This document shows, in pieces, positions 37,027-49,542 of a stretch of DNA of 64,000 bases. Source of the stretch: Histomonas meleagridis 2922-C6/04-290x. Lineage: Eukaryota > Protista > Parabasalia. The translations under genes were made by a program, and so were the position numbers. The DNA is taken from contig JAANOX010000087.1 in assembly GCA_020184695.1 (NCBI GenBank), forward strand, positions 248,001-312,000, in the 5' to 3' direction. How positions within the stretch are numbered: the stretch's first letter is position 1; the number at the start of each line of letters is the position of its first letter. Below the pieces are notes generated by a model. That model was not told the DNA's origin. It ran no database searches and saw only the letters and a list, made by a program, of their open reading frames with translations.

Positions 37027-37662
37027 ATGGACAATCCAACTCTCTTAAACACTCTCATCACCTTATATCTATCGACAACAGATGGAGGACAGAAGATTGT
37101 TTCTGTTCATGTATTTGATAATATTGGTGTTTTAAATCAATGTTATCAAGCAAAAAACATTTACAAATTTAACAATACGATTTTGGTGGAGAGTTTGTCT
37201 TTTGCATTTTATAAAATCAAAGACGGAGATAGGATTCTTGTTTTTGAAAGACAAAATAAAACAGATTGTAGTCCAAAGTTTTCAAGATGGAAAATCGATG
37301 AATCTCAACCAATCAGGTTACTAGTAGAATCACGTATGCCATCCAAAGCTAAGGAGTTGTTATTGCATTCAATTTCCTTACAAATTAATCCAGTTAGAGC
37401 AAGAACTATTGCTAAAACATATGACAACCGCATCAATTTGAAAGAGATGCGGCCAAAACAGTTCAGAAAGATTTGTTCTTCTTACTTACAGCAAGAAGAA
37501 GAAGATCTTTTTGTTCCACAACCACAAACAACACATTTGGATTTTGAAAAACCCGATAAACCACTGGAAACAGAAATTCCCGTGATTTGGGAAAAAGATG
37601 CACCCCAACCTCCGAGTTGGAAGACATCTGTTACATTGACGATTATTCCGTCATTTGAATGA
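37027..37662 (+). CDS. Hypothetical protein
   Basis: Intact 211-aa ORF; no recognised motif. Confidence 0.6.
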   Translation: MDNPTLLNTLITLYLSTTDGGQKIVSVHVFDNIGVLNQCYQAKNIYKFNNTILVESLSFAFYKIKDGDRILVFERQNKTDCSPKFSRWKIDESQPIRLLVESRMPSKAKELLLHSISLQINPVRARTIAKTYDNRINLKEMRPKQFRKICSSYLQQEEEDLFVPQPQTTHLDFEKPDKPLETEIPVIWEKDAPQPPSWKTSVTLTIIPSFE

Positions 37663-38049
37663 AAAACTAAATAATACATATATGCAAAGCTCCTTTTGTT
37701 TTGAAGATATAATTTTTTACTCACTTTGATATGAAAGTTATTTCCAAAAAAAAATTTCTCCAGCGATTTTATGAAGTGAAAAATTTGAATGCTCGTTTGA
37801 ACGAAAATGTAACGCTTTTTCAGAGTGGTGTAAACTTTGAAGCTCCGACTTTTTGATGAAACTCATAGAAAATTTTCTTGAATAAACGAGGAAAAAGCTG
37901 AGACGATAAATTCAAAATAACATTGTTAATAAATAGATAATATTCAAATAATAAATAGATAATATTCAAATAAAATTAAGGTCACAATTTACCATACGAT
38001 AGGTCTATCGTGTTTACGACAAAATCGTTTTATATCACAATTCATTCTC

Positions 38050-39503
38050 ACTGTCGATATTGACTTGCAAATCAAATTTGATATAAGAAAGAAAAAAGTA
38101 ACATACCAATTTTGCTTGCTTTGAATAAATATCGTTATCTATGTTTATTTTCAAAGTTTTAAATAGTAAATTCTTTATAAATATCAATATATTTATTGTT
38201 TCTTGAAATATACTATTATTTTTAACTGCTATATGAAGTGTTGTTTCAAATTATTAAAACATATTCCAAATTATTCAAATAATTTTTGCATTAACATCAA
38301 TTCCTTTATCTAAAAGTAATTTACGATTTCTATATTTCCTGATTCAACTGAATATGGTAAAATTGTTTTTGGAATTTGCTGACTTTCTATATCACTTTTG
38401 ATGCTATTTCTTCTATAATTTCATTATTTATTTTCATTCCTTCTTTTTCTAAAAACGAGAAGATTTCAAGATTATTGAACTCTATACATTTTTTCCCAAG
38501 ATATACTAAATTTTCTTCACTTAAATTACAATTATCTTGATTTTTTGATATTGGAATTCGATTTTGGATAAGAAAACATTGAAAATGAATTTTGTCTATC
38601 ATTGGAAACTTTACCAATTTTATTTTCATAAAGATAACGAAAAATCTCATTTTGATGAAATTCTATAGCTGTTTCATATGCTTCTGTAAATGATGAATTA
38701 TTTTGTTCATATAAATGAATAATTTCAAAGTTTCCACCTTTAATTGCGTATTTAGATGTATTTTTGATCGAATTATTTAAAAACAAATATTTAAAACATT
38801 TAATCCAACCAAAAAATGCACAATAATCAATTAATGAAACTTTTTTTGTTAATAAATGAACATCTTTCATGAAGTGATGGCTTAATTATTTGATTAAAGT
38901 CAAATTCATTATGTGATGAAATTTCTTGAAGCTCTTCTAAATCATCATTTCGAAGTAATTTCGCAATTTCTAATGGATTAACTCCTTCTTTTGCATATTG
39001 CATATAAAGCTTCCAATCGTCTTTTGATAATTCATATAGTGCCGAAACGAATTCTTCAAGGAATTGTGGTCTTGGAAATTTGTACTCAAATCATTTATTT
39101 CTTCTTTTGTTTTATATTGAGAAAAATATAATGTGCTCAAGTTTTTTACTGAAGATGATTCAATTATTTCTTCTTCGATCATCTTTTCAAGAAGGAAATA
39201 TGATTCTTGCTTTTCTGTTTCTAGTAAATATTTACAAAATATTTGAATAAGATTTGTTTCAGTTTTACTTTTATTTTTTTCCATTTCATCTTCTTTTTCT
39301 TTTAAAGTTAATAAATATTTAATATATATATTTTCATTATTTGTTTGAGAAACAAAAGCTGAATATATAAGTCTAGAAACAAAATAGTTAAATGTATATA
39401 GCACCCTATCTACAAATAAATTAATTGTTGCTTGAACTGATGTTTCAAAATTTCCTTCATTGAGATTATAGACATTTGATTTTAATGATTTCGAAAGTTC
39501 CAT
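38050..39503 (-). pseudogene. DUF3447/ankyrin gene, frameshifted
   Basis: ORFs 38970..39503, 38532..38870 and 38387..38650 are homologous to the other copies. One ankyrin linker reads GGA[17]GAA ACA near 38245-38265. Confidence 0.8.
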
Positions 39504-39884
39504 CGAATGAATAATGTTTCAAAACCCTGTTCAAAATATTTATGAAAAAACACAATTGTTAGTACCAAAAAAAATGTCATACAATAAGCATTGGAATTGT
39601 TTAAATGGTAAATATCTTTAAACTGGGAAAAAATCGGTAGTATCGGCTCCACTTTATGAACGCAATTCAACCGAACTTGCATAGCAATTTTTTGTAAAAT
39701 AATGAAAAAGTTAATCGAAGATTACCTTGGCACTTTTGATTTACATGTTAGTCTATTTTAATTAATTCAGCACATGACTTTGTCGTAAGCTTTTTTGGTG
39801 GTGACTTCAAATTTGCTTTCATGAGATATATTTTAAATTAAGATGAATTAATTTTGAGAAATTAAAATATTTTTATTCATTGTT

Positions 39885-40349
39885 TCAAAACCTATGGCCT
39901 TTATTACCACCTCTATTGCCGCCGCGATTACCACCGCGTCCACCTCCTCCTCTTCGGCCGCCACCACCACGGCCACCACGTCTGGTATTTTGATCAGCGA
40001 GGAAGAAAGATTCTGGCTTTAGACGATTTTGTTGTGCATATATTTTTGATCCTTCAGATAGTGTGGAAAGGAATGAAGGATCTCTTGGTTCAAGAACGAA
40101 TGAAACATCTTCAAGAGTTCCGAAAACATCCTTTACAAAACCAACATCGTTTTTCTTTGAATCATAAAGGTTTGTCTTTGTTAAGGGAATACATTTATCT
40201 TTTGTAGAAAGTTTGAATATTGCATTTCCTTGGCATAACTTGTCAAAAGTTCCGCACTCAACAGTAGGTGCATTTGAATCAAATCCACGGTTTCCACGAT
40301 CCCCACGATTTCCTTGATTTGAGCCTCTGTGCCCGCCTTTTCCTCTCAT
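39885..40349 (-). CDS. GAR1: H/ACA snoRNP subunit Gar1
   Basis: RGG-rich N- and C-termini flank a core with VGFVKDVFGTLEDVSFV. Confidence 0.85.
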   Translation of the reverse strand: MRGKGGHRGSNQGNRGDRGNRGFDSNAPTVECGTFDKLCQGNAIFKLSTKDKCIPLTKTNLYDSKKNDVGFVKDVFGTLEDVSFVLEPRDPSFLSTLSEGSKIYAQQNRLKPESFFLADQNTRRGGRGGGGRRGGGGRGGNRGGNRGGNKGHRF

Positions 40350-40841
40350 ATGGTTCTAAAGAATTGGAACAAAGTCTCTCAATTCAAGGCCACAAACAAA
40401 CGACTAATTAGGGGTGCCCCTAATTCTAAACGTGCTATGAATACAGATCAATTGCACCAAGATGTAAAAGATTATTATTCACAAGAAGTCCAACACACCA
40501 GCGATCTTAAGTTCTCTGCTTGCGTTTGCAATTCTACAAAAAGTCAAAAACATAAAGATATTTTAGCACATGTCACTTTCTGCGCATTCAAAATTTCAAA
40601 GGGAAAAAGTGCCTTTGAAAGTGACGTTGCAACGCATACTGGAGGAATTGATGAGTATGAAGATAAGTTCCCATTTGATGTACAACACGAGTTTATAAAA
40701 AATCACTCATTACCTGTTTCGACAAAATTGTTGGAAGTTCTTAAGAAATCGATTTCTTTAGATTTGGAAAATATTTTACATTCGGAAAAGATGAAAATAT
40801 TAGTGACTTCTCCGAAAAGGAGGAATTTCTTGACGTTTTGA
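40350..40841 (+). CDS. Hypothetical protein divergent from GAR1
   Basis: Open frame of about 160 aa; start uncertain. Confidence 0.4.
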   Translation: MVLKNWNKVSQFKATNKRLIRGAPNSKRAMNTDQLHQDVKDYYSQEVQHTSDLKFSACVCNSTKSQKHKDILAHVTFCAFKISKGKSAFESDVATHTGGIDEYEDKFPFDVQHEFIKNHSLPVSTKLLEVLKKSISLDLENILHSEKMKILVTSPKRRNFLTF

Positions 40842-41114
40842 ATGACTATCTTCTGAATAAGAGATCATGTTGTTGCCAATGCAATTGCACTTGCAATAAA
40901 TAAAACACTAAAAATAAGAAATGAAATGATTTTATAAATTTTTAAGCAAATAATTTCTGAAATTCTTTTATCATAAAGAACTCCATCATCTTCATTATTA
41001 TTAAAATTTAAATTTCCTTCCAATCAATACTTTAATATATTTAAGACTTATGCAAGATATGAAATTATTGACTCCAATTAAATTTGGCACATTCGGAATT
41101 ATAATACTTTTAAA

Positions 41115-41900
41115 TTATGAAGATGAACAAAATCCATTCTCTCCATTTGATCCTATATTTTCACTAATATTAACTTCTTCTAAATTATCACATCCAGAAA
41201 ACGCAATGATTTTAATATTTGTAACTGATAATGCATGTTTTATCAAAGTAACCGAATCAGGAATTATAATTGTATTAAGTTTTGTGTTACCATCATAGAA
41301 TGCACATGCACCAACTGATTTAAAATTATTTTGAATCTCAAATGTTTCATTTTCTTTCCCTCCTGGATAACAAATGATCCTACTTAAATCTTTCATATTA
41401 AGAATGCCATCATTCTTAAAATTATTTTTATTATCAACTTCGATAAATTTAAGATTTAGACAAGAATTAAAAGTACGCGTATCGAAATAAATAACTGAGC
41501 TTGGATTTGTAATATTCAAAAACCCTGAGGCATAAAAAGAATACTGCATTATTTCATTTGAGTTCGAAATTTTAATATTCAATAATGAAAAACATTCATA
41601 GATTGCATACCTTGAGATTACTTTAACCATTCCATAAATGTAGCATTGCTAAGTGAGTGGCACACAGCAAAAGCAGATGATTCTATTATTGTAACATTTT
41701 TTTCAATAACAACAGAATGTCATTGTCTATGAATACCTACTTGAATAAAATGCTTTTGAACCTATTGTAGTGACTAAATCGCCTTTTTAGACAGTAATTA
41801 ATGTGTTCCATCTTTCAAATTAATATGCTGAAAAATCAGAGATTCCATTTGGAATTATAAAATGTTTGGCTATACAAATATATCTGTTATTCTTTTATTT
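41115..41900 (-). pseudogene. BspA-like (TpLRR) leucine-rich-repeat gene remnant
   Basis: IIIPDSVTLI, VGACAF, VTTIGSKAF and RIICYPGGK motifs with stops and frameshifts. Confidence 0.7.
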
Positions 41901-42078
41901 CATTTGAATTTTTTATTGTGAGGGTTTTTGTTGTTTATGAATTTAGAGAAGCAATACGAAATATTCCGAAAATGATATTCTTCTTCTTAAGTTTACAGGA
42001 ATTGGATACGGTTTTTCATTAAAAAAAATTGAAAAATAATCACATTATTCAATTTAACCGTTAAAATATTATTAAGTG

Positions 42079-44430
42079 ATGACATGGTTTGGAAGATATT
42101 CATGGGAAAAAAGACAAAATAAAAAGGGCGAAATACGAAAATGGGAAAGCAAAAACATTTACCTCAAACCACAAACTCCAAATGAAAAAGAATTCTTATC
42201 AAAACTTTTATCACTTGAACAAATTTTATTGAATCTAACGAATGAAAATATTGAAACATCAGTTGATTCTTCTCTATGCTATTATGATAATTGTTTTCCA
42301 GAAACATTTTTTAACATTATTTGTAGTTTTCTATATTCATCATATAAAATTCAAAACAAAGAGTTAATAATATATATAAATTTTTTAAAAATATTTGGAA
42401 TAAAAGTAAAAGAAAGCCACAAAAATCCGAAGAATATTGGAATTTTTGAATATTTATCACAGTTTCTAATGAAATTAAATACAAATGAATCAAATTCACT
42501 TATGGAAAAATTAATTGAAGAACAATTAATCGATCCAAGAGTCACTAAAAACTCAAAAACATTATATTTTGCACATAATATGTTAAAATATGAAATTTTG
42601 GAATTAATAAATAGGCCAATAAGGAATTATGATTAAAAATTTAATGAATTTTATGAAGAACTTTCAAAGAATGGTTGGAAACTTCATAAGCAATATGTTA
42701 AAGAAGGACATAATCCAAATGAAATTGCAAAGATAATTTGAAATGATGAAATAGAAAAACTTCATGATATACCATCACAAGCAAATTTTGATTTTAATCA
42801 AACAATTGAACCATCACTTTATGAAAGATATTCATTTATTAATGAAGAAAATGTTTCACTAATTGATTATGCATCATTTTTTTCTTCAGTTAAATGTTTT
42901 AAATATTTACTTATGAGTGGTGCTAATGTAGAAAACACAGGTAAATATGCAATTGCAGGTGGAAATGAAGAAATCATTCATTTGTGTGAACAAAATCATT
43001 CATCATTTGAAGATGCATATGAAGCAGCAATTGAGTTTCATCGAAATGATATTTTTAAATATCTCTATGAAAATAAAATTGTAAGTATCAAAAATTTGGA
43101 AAAATTAGGAAATAAATGTGTTTTACATAATAACTTCGAAATTTTATCATATTTAGAAGATAGCAAGATGAAAATAAATGATGAACTTATTAATGAATCA
43201 ATTAAACACAGTAACTTATATATTATTATACATTTTGTTGAAGGAAATCATATATCAAATTATATACAAATTTCTGCAATTAAAAGAAATAATTTTGAAA
43301 TTTTAAAATATTTTTTGACTCAAAAAGGATTTAATATCAATGTTGGTGACATATATTTTCTTTCAACTATGTTTAATCACATTATTTAAAATATTAATTC
43401 AGAATTTATGATTTATTTAATGAATTTAGAACAGCACTTATGTATGCTTCCTTAAATGGAAACATTGAAATTACGGAATTACTTCTTCAGCAAAAAGATA
43501 TTAATGTAAATGCCAAAAACATTAGTTTTTTTCATTTATAATTTATTATATTTATTTAATATTTAATTTTTATATAAAAAAATTATTTAAACATTTTAAA
43601 ATAGCACTCATATATGCAACCAAACATAATCATCCTGTGATTGTTAGATTACTTCTTGACCAAAAGGGAATTGATGTAAATGCTAAAAATATTCATTTGT
43701 TTTATATAATATTTATTTTAATTAATTGATATTTCAAAATAATATTTGGAAATTATTTAAATTATTTTATACAGCACTTATAAGAGCATCTGAATATGGT
43801 CATACAGAAATAGTTAAATTACTTCTTGAACATATTGAAGTTGATATTAATGCTAAAGATATTTTTTTGTTTTATTTCATATTTATTTTGTTGTTTTGAT
43901 ATTTTGAAGTAATATTTGGAAATTATACAAATTATTTAATACATCATTCATATTAGCATCAAGATCTTGTAATACAGAAATTGTTAAACTACTTCTTGAA
44001 CATGGAGAAATTGACATTAATGCTAAAAATATTTATTTGTTTTATTTAGAATTTATTTTAATAATTTGATATTTCAAAATAATATTTGGAAATTATTTAA
44101 ATAATTTAATACAGCACTTATGCTTGCATCAAATTCTTGTAATACAAAAATAATTAAATTTCTTCTTAGGCAAAAAGGAATTGACATTAATGCTAAAAAT
44201 ATTTATATGTTTTATTTAATATTTATTTTAGCAAATTAATATTTCAAAATAATATTTGGAAATTAAAGAAATTATTTAAAACAGCACTTATGATTGCATC
44301 TGATTATTGTAGAACAAAAATTGTTAAAATACTTCTTGAACAAGAAGGAATTGAAGTCGTTGGGGAAAAAATTAGTTTTAACAATTTGATATTAAGAAAT
44401 AAAATTTTGATTATGAATGCATCTAACTAG
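42079..44430 (+). pseudogene. DUF3447/ankyrin gene with two in-frame stops and six perfect 80-nt spacer-split linkers
   Basis: In-frame TAA (42634) and TGA (about 42740, where paralogues read IIRND). The linkers decode to DYKMR, NINKK, NNDGY, DHDGN, NRDGN and NNNGK. Confidence 0.75.
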
Positions 44431-44699
44431 TTGGTTACTTTGCCAATGTTCTGAAGTTGAATGATATTTTAAAATCCCTAGGGATTACATTAAATTCATT
44501 TGTTACTAGTTACACCAAGTAAAAATGACGTCATTTTTCAATGTCCTTCTTTGGGTGATGACCAATCATTAAAACTTTTATTTGGTTCTATGTCTAATAC
44601 AAGTTTTTTCGCTTTCAAGTAATCTTCCAAAATGATTTTTGAAATTGTGTGAAATTTTATCGTTTTTGGAGGTTATTGTAACAAATTTTATTATTTGTT

Positions 44700-45368
44700 A
44701 TGAGCGAGGAAAACGTTGCTTTGTTTCGAGAAATCACAGAATCAGACAGAAGAACTGCTTTATATTGTCTTGATAGATTTCATGGTAATATGAGTTTGGC
44801 TCTAGATTACTTTTTGGAAAATTCTGGAAATTTAGTAATCCCAAACGATTTTATGCCAGAAGAAATTGAAGCACCACAACAACATGAAGCTGCTCCGCCT
44901 GCTCCACCAACACCATCTACAGAAACACAAAATGATTCACAACAGCCAACAGAAACAACACAAAATCAGCAACAAGAACCAGTTCAAACTCGCCGCCAAC
45001 GTATGGCAACGCATAAGGAAAATGGGTTTTATCAAAAAGAAACCCCAGTTCTCTATTTTCCTTTTGGCGTTCAATTTAATGAGAGTCCAACTCCCAATGA
45101 ATACGAAGAAACTTATACAGCACAAGATTCAACACTACCGAAAGTATATCCAATTAATATAGATTGCAAAGTTGTCGAATGTATTGTTTACAATAATGGG
45201 ATACTATGGGATGGATCTTTTACTCCAAAGTCAGACCCTAAGTGCACAAAAGCAATTGACCAAATCGAAAAAAACATATTGCCAACGGATTTTGTTGATG
45301 ACACTCAATTTGTTGAAGTTGATATCAAATTTAATTCTGATGAATCATATGAAGAAAACCCAAAGTAA
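44700..45368 (+). CDS. UBA-like plus SEP-like domain protein (p47/NSFL1C-related, no UBX seen)
   Basis: N-terminal FREIT...ALYCLDRFHGNMSLALDYFLE (UBA-like); C-terminal IVYNNGILWDGSFTP (SEP-like). Confidence 0.6.
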   Translation: MSEENVALFREITESDRRTALYCLDRFHGNMSLALDYFLENSGNLVIPNDFMPEEIEAPQQHEAAPPAPPTPSTETQNDSQQPTETTQNQQQEPVQTRRQRMATHKENGFYQKETPVLYFPFGVQFNESPTPNEYEETYTAQDSTLPKVYPINIDCKVVECIVYNNGILWDGSFTPKSDPKCTKAIDQIEKNILPTDFVDDTQFVEVDIKFNSDESYEENPK

Positions 45369-45810
45369 AACACCAAGCCCAAAACACCAAGTTGCATTTT
45401 GGTATTTATGTAAATGTCGCAAGTTTATTTTTTTTTTTTTTTTAAGTGGTGTGATCAGAAACAAAGCAATACCAAACATTTCCTAATGGTGTTGGTATTT
45501 CGTATTCGAAATTGAGTATTTAATTAAATTTAAAATTGATTGTTGGAATAAATATTCACATGAATTTTTTGTTTCCACTTTGGAAGCATATTACAGTAAT
45601 GGGTTGTAGTTTAAAATGTTAATTTATCATATTTTGTTGTTTAACAAGAAAGAAATGTTTAATAAACGATACATTCTATCGTAATCACTTTTTCTAATGA
45701 CAACAATCGTAACCGTTAGAAACAGATTTGGTCGTTTTACCAAAACAACGAACGCGGAATGAATTCCATTTCATCGTTCTTATGAAATTTGATTAAGAGC
45801 CAAAAGTGTA

Positions 45811-47004
45811 ATGGCTGCGATCCCGAAGTGGCAAAAAGCTGTTGCAATCCCGGGTATGCTTTTATTCGGGACATGCACCGTTGTTGTTCAGAAGTTCCTT
45901 TTTCAGCAGAAAGCAGTTGGTTTAGATAAGTATGGACCAGAACCACATTATTTCAAAAAGCCTTGGTTCCAAACAAACTCAATGTTCATTGGTATGCTTC
46001 TTGCTCTTGTAGTTTATGAAGTTCAACGCCTTTGTTGCAAGAAAAAAGAAGTTGAAGAAAATACTTTACAATCAGCAGCCGATGACTCAATTGCAAGTAC
46101 CAAAAATGACCCTGGGGTATCGCACAAGAAACTTTATTTTGTTGTTGCAGCTCCTGCTTGTTGTGATCTTTTAGCCACAGCTCTTATGAATATTGGACTT
46201 TTATACATTCAAGCCTCTGTTTGGCAAATGCTTCGTGGCTCAATGGTTCTTTTCTCCTCTCTTTTCTGTGCCTTTATTCTCAAGCGTCCACATTATCCAT
46301 TTATGTGGTTTGCAGTCTGTTTCATTATTGTAGCCCTTGTTATTGTCGGTGTTGCTGCCGTATCATCCACAGGTGTAGGAAAGGCCGGCGTTACTACAGG
46401 TCAAGTTATTATGGCCATTTGTTTAACAGTCGGATCACAACTTATCCAGGCCTCCCAAATCGTTGTTGAAGACTTCCTTATGCATGACATGACAGCCTCT
46501 CCCGTTCTTATTGTAGGTCTTGAAGGAATGTGGGGAACGATTATCACAATTTGCATTTTCCTTCCAATCATCCAATTCACTGGAGGTACCAAAGACGAAG
46601 GAAATGGTGTCCATGAAGATACGATTGATACATTTGTAATGATTGGAAATTCTCCAACATTAATTGCATTTGTGATTTTGTATGTTTTCTTCATTCTCTT
46701 ATATAATGTTACAGGAATGTTCGTCACTAACATTACGTCAGCTGTTGTTAGAACCATTCTTGAAGGTTTGAGAACCTTATGCGTATGGTTCGTACAACTT
46801 ATAATATTTTACTCGACAGGTAATCCAGAGTTAGGAGAAGAATGGACTCCATTCAGTCTTATGCAACTTTCTGGCTTCTTACTTCTATTTGTAGGTATGC
46901 TCATGTATAATAAGATATTAAAGGTACCATTATTCGATTACCCTGATGAAAACAAGCCTGTCCAAAGCATAAACGACGCACCACTCCTTGCTAAAGAAGA
47001 TTAA
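45811..47004 (+). CDS. SLC35F6-like drug/metabolite transporter superfamily protein
   Basis: About ten hydrophobic segments; FKKPWFQTNSMFIGM, ASVWQMLRGSMVLF and LVGLEGMWG-like motifs. Confidence 0.78.
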   Translation: MAAIPKWQKAVAIPGMLLFGTCTVVVQKFLFQQKAVGLDKYGPEPHYFKKPWFQTNSMFIGMLLALVVYEVQRLCCKKKEVEENTLQSAADDSIASTKNDPGVSHKKLYFVVAAPACCDLLATALMNIGLLYIQASVWQMLRGSMVLFSSLFCAFILKRPHYPFMWFAVCFIIVALVIVGVAAVSSTGVGKAGVTTGQVIMAICLTVGSQLIQASQIVVEDFLMHDMTASPVLIVGLEGMWGTIITICIFLPIIQFTGGTKDEGNGVHEDTIDTFVMIGNSPTLIAFVILYVFFILLYNVTGMFVTNITSAVVRTILEGLRTLCVWFVQLIIFYSTGNPELGEEWTPFSLMQLSGFLLLFVGMLMYNKILKVPLFDYPDENKPVQSINDAPLLAKED

Positions 47005-47189
47005 ATCCCTAAACATCAAATTCTTAAAATTAGATTTACACAAAACGATGAAATTGTATTGAATAATTTGCGGTTTCGTAAAGTTGTTAATTCGACTTTT
47101 TCTTTGTTCCATGTTTGGCATTTTTTTTAATTAAATGTTTTGGATAATTTTTGCCAAAAATGAGATGAAAACATTTTTCTCTGAGTTAT

Positions 47190-48671
47190 ATGGAAGATCT
47201 ATTCATTGGAACACCGTATGATCGTTCATGTAAAGAAGATATAAAATTTAATATCTCAAATGCAATAGAATGTTATCCAAATTTGAAGGCATCTCAATAT
47301 CAATCAGTGAATCCACATCTCATTCAAATATCTGGTCTTATTACAATAAAAGTTGAAGGAAATTATGTCGATATGCCTATAGAAATAACTCTTCCTCCAA
47401 CATTCCCAAATTGTGAACCTCTTGTAAGAATTCCACTTCCTCCAAATAAATCTCTCATAAAACAAAACTTCGAACCCAACGGTGTTTTAAGCAAAGGTGT
47501 TGTTTCATATGTACCGAACTTCACACCACTTGCAGAATTTATCTTACTTCTCACTGATTATTTTCAGCATCATCCACCTGTTGGCGTAGGAGATTGCAAA
47601 ATCCTTGTTGACAATTTCAAGCAACAAACTCGCGCACAAACTCCACCACGTCCTAACCAACACCCACAACCAAATCAAGTTCCACCACGTCCTAACCAGT
47701 ATCCACAACCAAATCAAACTCCACCACGTCCTAACCAACACCCACAACCAGACCAAGTTCCACCACGTCCTAACCAGTATCCGCAACCAAATCAAAATCC
47801 ACCACGTCCTAACCAACACCCACAACCAGACCAAGTTCCACCACGACCTAACCAGTATCCGCAACCAAACCAAATTCCACCACAACCAAATCAAGTTCCA
47901 CCACGTCCTAACCAACACCCACAACCAAATCAAGTTCCACCACGTCCTAACCAGTATCCACAACCAAATCAAACTCCACCACGTCCTAACCAGTATCCAC
48001 AACCAAATCAAATTCCACCACGTCCTAACCAGTATCCACAACCAAATCAAATTCCACCACGTCCTAACCAGTATCCACAACCTCACCAAGCGCAGCCACA
48101 GCCTGCCGAAATCCCCGATGACTACATATGCCCTGTCTGTTATGAAGTCATGAAGCCGCCCAACCACATGCCATTGATTCTCTTTCCATGCGGGCACACA
48201 CTCTGCAAGACATGTATTCAGGCATATCAACAAAATTCCGGCCGCAAGAAGTGCTGTCTTTGCAACCAAGAGTTTAAGTACACTGCGGTCAATTTCAATC
48301 TTCTTCACATCATCGAAAACAAAGAACAACAACCAGTGCAACAACAAATACCAATTGTTGATAATGGCAAAAAGTTAACAGAGAAGAGAAATCAATTGAA
48401 TTTATGCTTTGAGCAATCAGCAGAATTCGCGCGCCAAATAAATATTACAAAAGAAAAAATCAGAAGCGAAACGGAGATATTGGATTCGCTGAAAGACGAC
48501 TTAAAAACTTTGAAGGAAAAGATTAAAAGTCAAAAGGCGTTAATAGAGGAATTGAACAAAACGAAAAAATCTTTTGAAGAAAAAGAAATGCAATTGGAAG
48601 AAAATATTGAGAAACTAACTGCAAAGATACTGAACCTTGAAGAGTCAGCAAACGGAGCACAAAACGCGTAA
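47190..48671 (+). CDS. UEV-domain, Pro/Gln/Asn-repeat, RING-finger, coiled-coil protein (Vps23/TSG101-like architecture with a RING)
   Basis: N-terminal GLITI..MPIEITLPPTFPNCEP (UEV); CPVC...CGHTLCKTC...CCLC (RING); C-terminal coiled coil. Confidence 0.75.
   Translation: MEDLFIGTPYDRSCKEDIKFNISNAIECYPNLKASQYQSVNPHLIQISGLITIKVEGNYVDMPIEITLPPTFPNCEPLVRIPLPPNKSLIKQNFEPNGVLSKGVVSYVPNFTPLAEFILLLTDYFQHHPPVGVGDCKILVDNFKQQTRAQTPPRPNQHPQPNQVPPRPNQYPQPNQTPPRPNQHPQPDQVPPRPNQYPQPNQNPPRPNQHPQPDQVPPRPNQYPQPNQIPPQPNQVPPRPNQHPQPNQVPPRPNQYPQPNQTPPRPNQYPQPNQIPPRPNQYPQPNQIPPRPNQYPQPHQAQPQPAEIPDDYICPVCYEVMKPPNHMPLILFPCGHTLCKTCIQAYQQNSGRKKCCLCNQEFKYTAVNFNLLHIIENKEQQPVQQQIPIVDNGKKLTEKRNQLNLCFEQSAEFARQINITKEKIRSETEILDSLKDDLKTLKEKIKSQKALIEELNKTKKSFEEKEMQLEENIEKLTAKILNLEESANGAQNA
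47640..48082 (+). repeat. Coding 42-bp tandem repeat (PPRPNQ[H/Y]PQPNQ[V/T/I])
   Basis: About ten copies of CCACCACGTCCTAACCA. Confidence 0.9.
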
Positions 48672-48849
48672 AAATGAATGTATGTTGTTAATTAAGAATT
48701 AGTAAAAATCAAAATTAAATAAAATTCATTTGTCGGAAATATATTACATCGCATTTAGTATCTTTGATTACATTTCGAAAAATTGCTGTGTAAAAACAAC
48801 AAAACCAACAAAGGGATCGAAAGTTTTCATATATATATGATATCAATGT

Positions 48850-49430
48850 TTTTGCATGTAATTCCATTTAAATATGAATAAGTTTTAACAGTTTAATGAT
48901 AAATATTTAAAACATATTTGAATATATATTTGATTTATATGTGTTACTTATTGCAAATGTATGTGTTGATCATGAATATATGTTTTATTCTTCAAGCAAA
49001 TTATAATTATGCTATATCAAAGGTACAAATGTTGTATCTTGATATAATAATTATGTCATAAAATATTCTGTTGGCACATTATTAAATGCATTTGTAACAT
49101 ATGCTGAAGATTCTGTACCATTGAAATAAATACATTTCTGAATGCGCCAGTCATAAAATGCATCATTTTTTCCAATGATATCTGTTGCTAAGATTAACTG
49201 AATTGGATAATGCAATGTTTATTAATTGATGAATATGTGAATGAAATAAATAATCCTCAATTCTTTCGACATTTTTCATTGATAAATGTTCTGAGTGGCG
49301 AGCATGAACTAAATGCAGAACTTCCAATAAATGTAACTGATTTTAGAAATTCATCGAAATGCACTTATAGAAGACCAAAAAGAAGCATTTGCATGCAAAT
49401 AGCAACAATAATATATATGTACAAATTATG
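48850..49430 (+). pseudogene. Degenerate BspA-like LRR remnant
   Basis: Fragments such as SVGTLLNAF and ELPINVTDF with stops. Confidence 0.4.
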
Positions 49431-49542
49431 AAACAAAAGTTTACGTTTTCTGTGTAAAATGCGCACAATTTTTATAAACCAAAAATCACTTCTTCAAAAA
49501 CACCAAATAAAAGAATAATTTATTCATATGAATATACAAAAA

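Noticed and set aside
9576-42745. Alternative genetic code suggested by in-frame TAA/TGA in the transposase, Rep and ankyrin gene 3
   Set aside because: Conserved host genes end at TAA or TGA at the expected positions. The stops replace different residues (Trp, Arg, unknown), consistent with point mutation.
47544-48347. 267-aa minus-strand W/L-rich ORF and 182-aa alternative-frame ORF
   Set aside because: Shadow frames of the stop-poor 42-bp PQN repeat in the UEV-RING gene.
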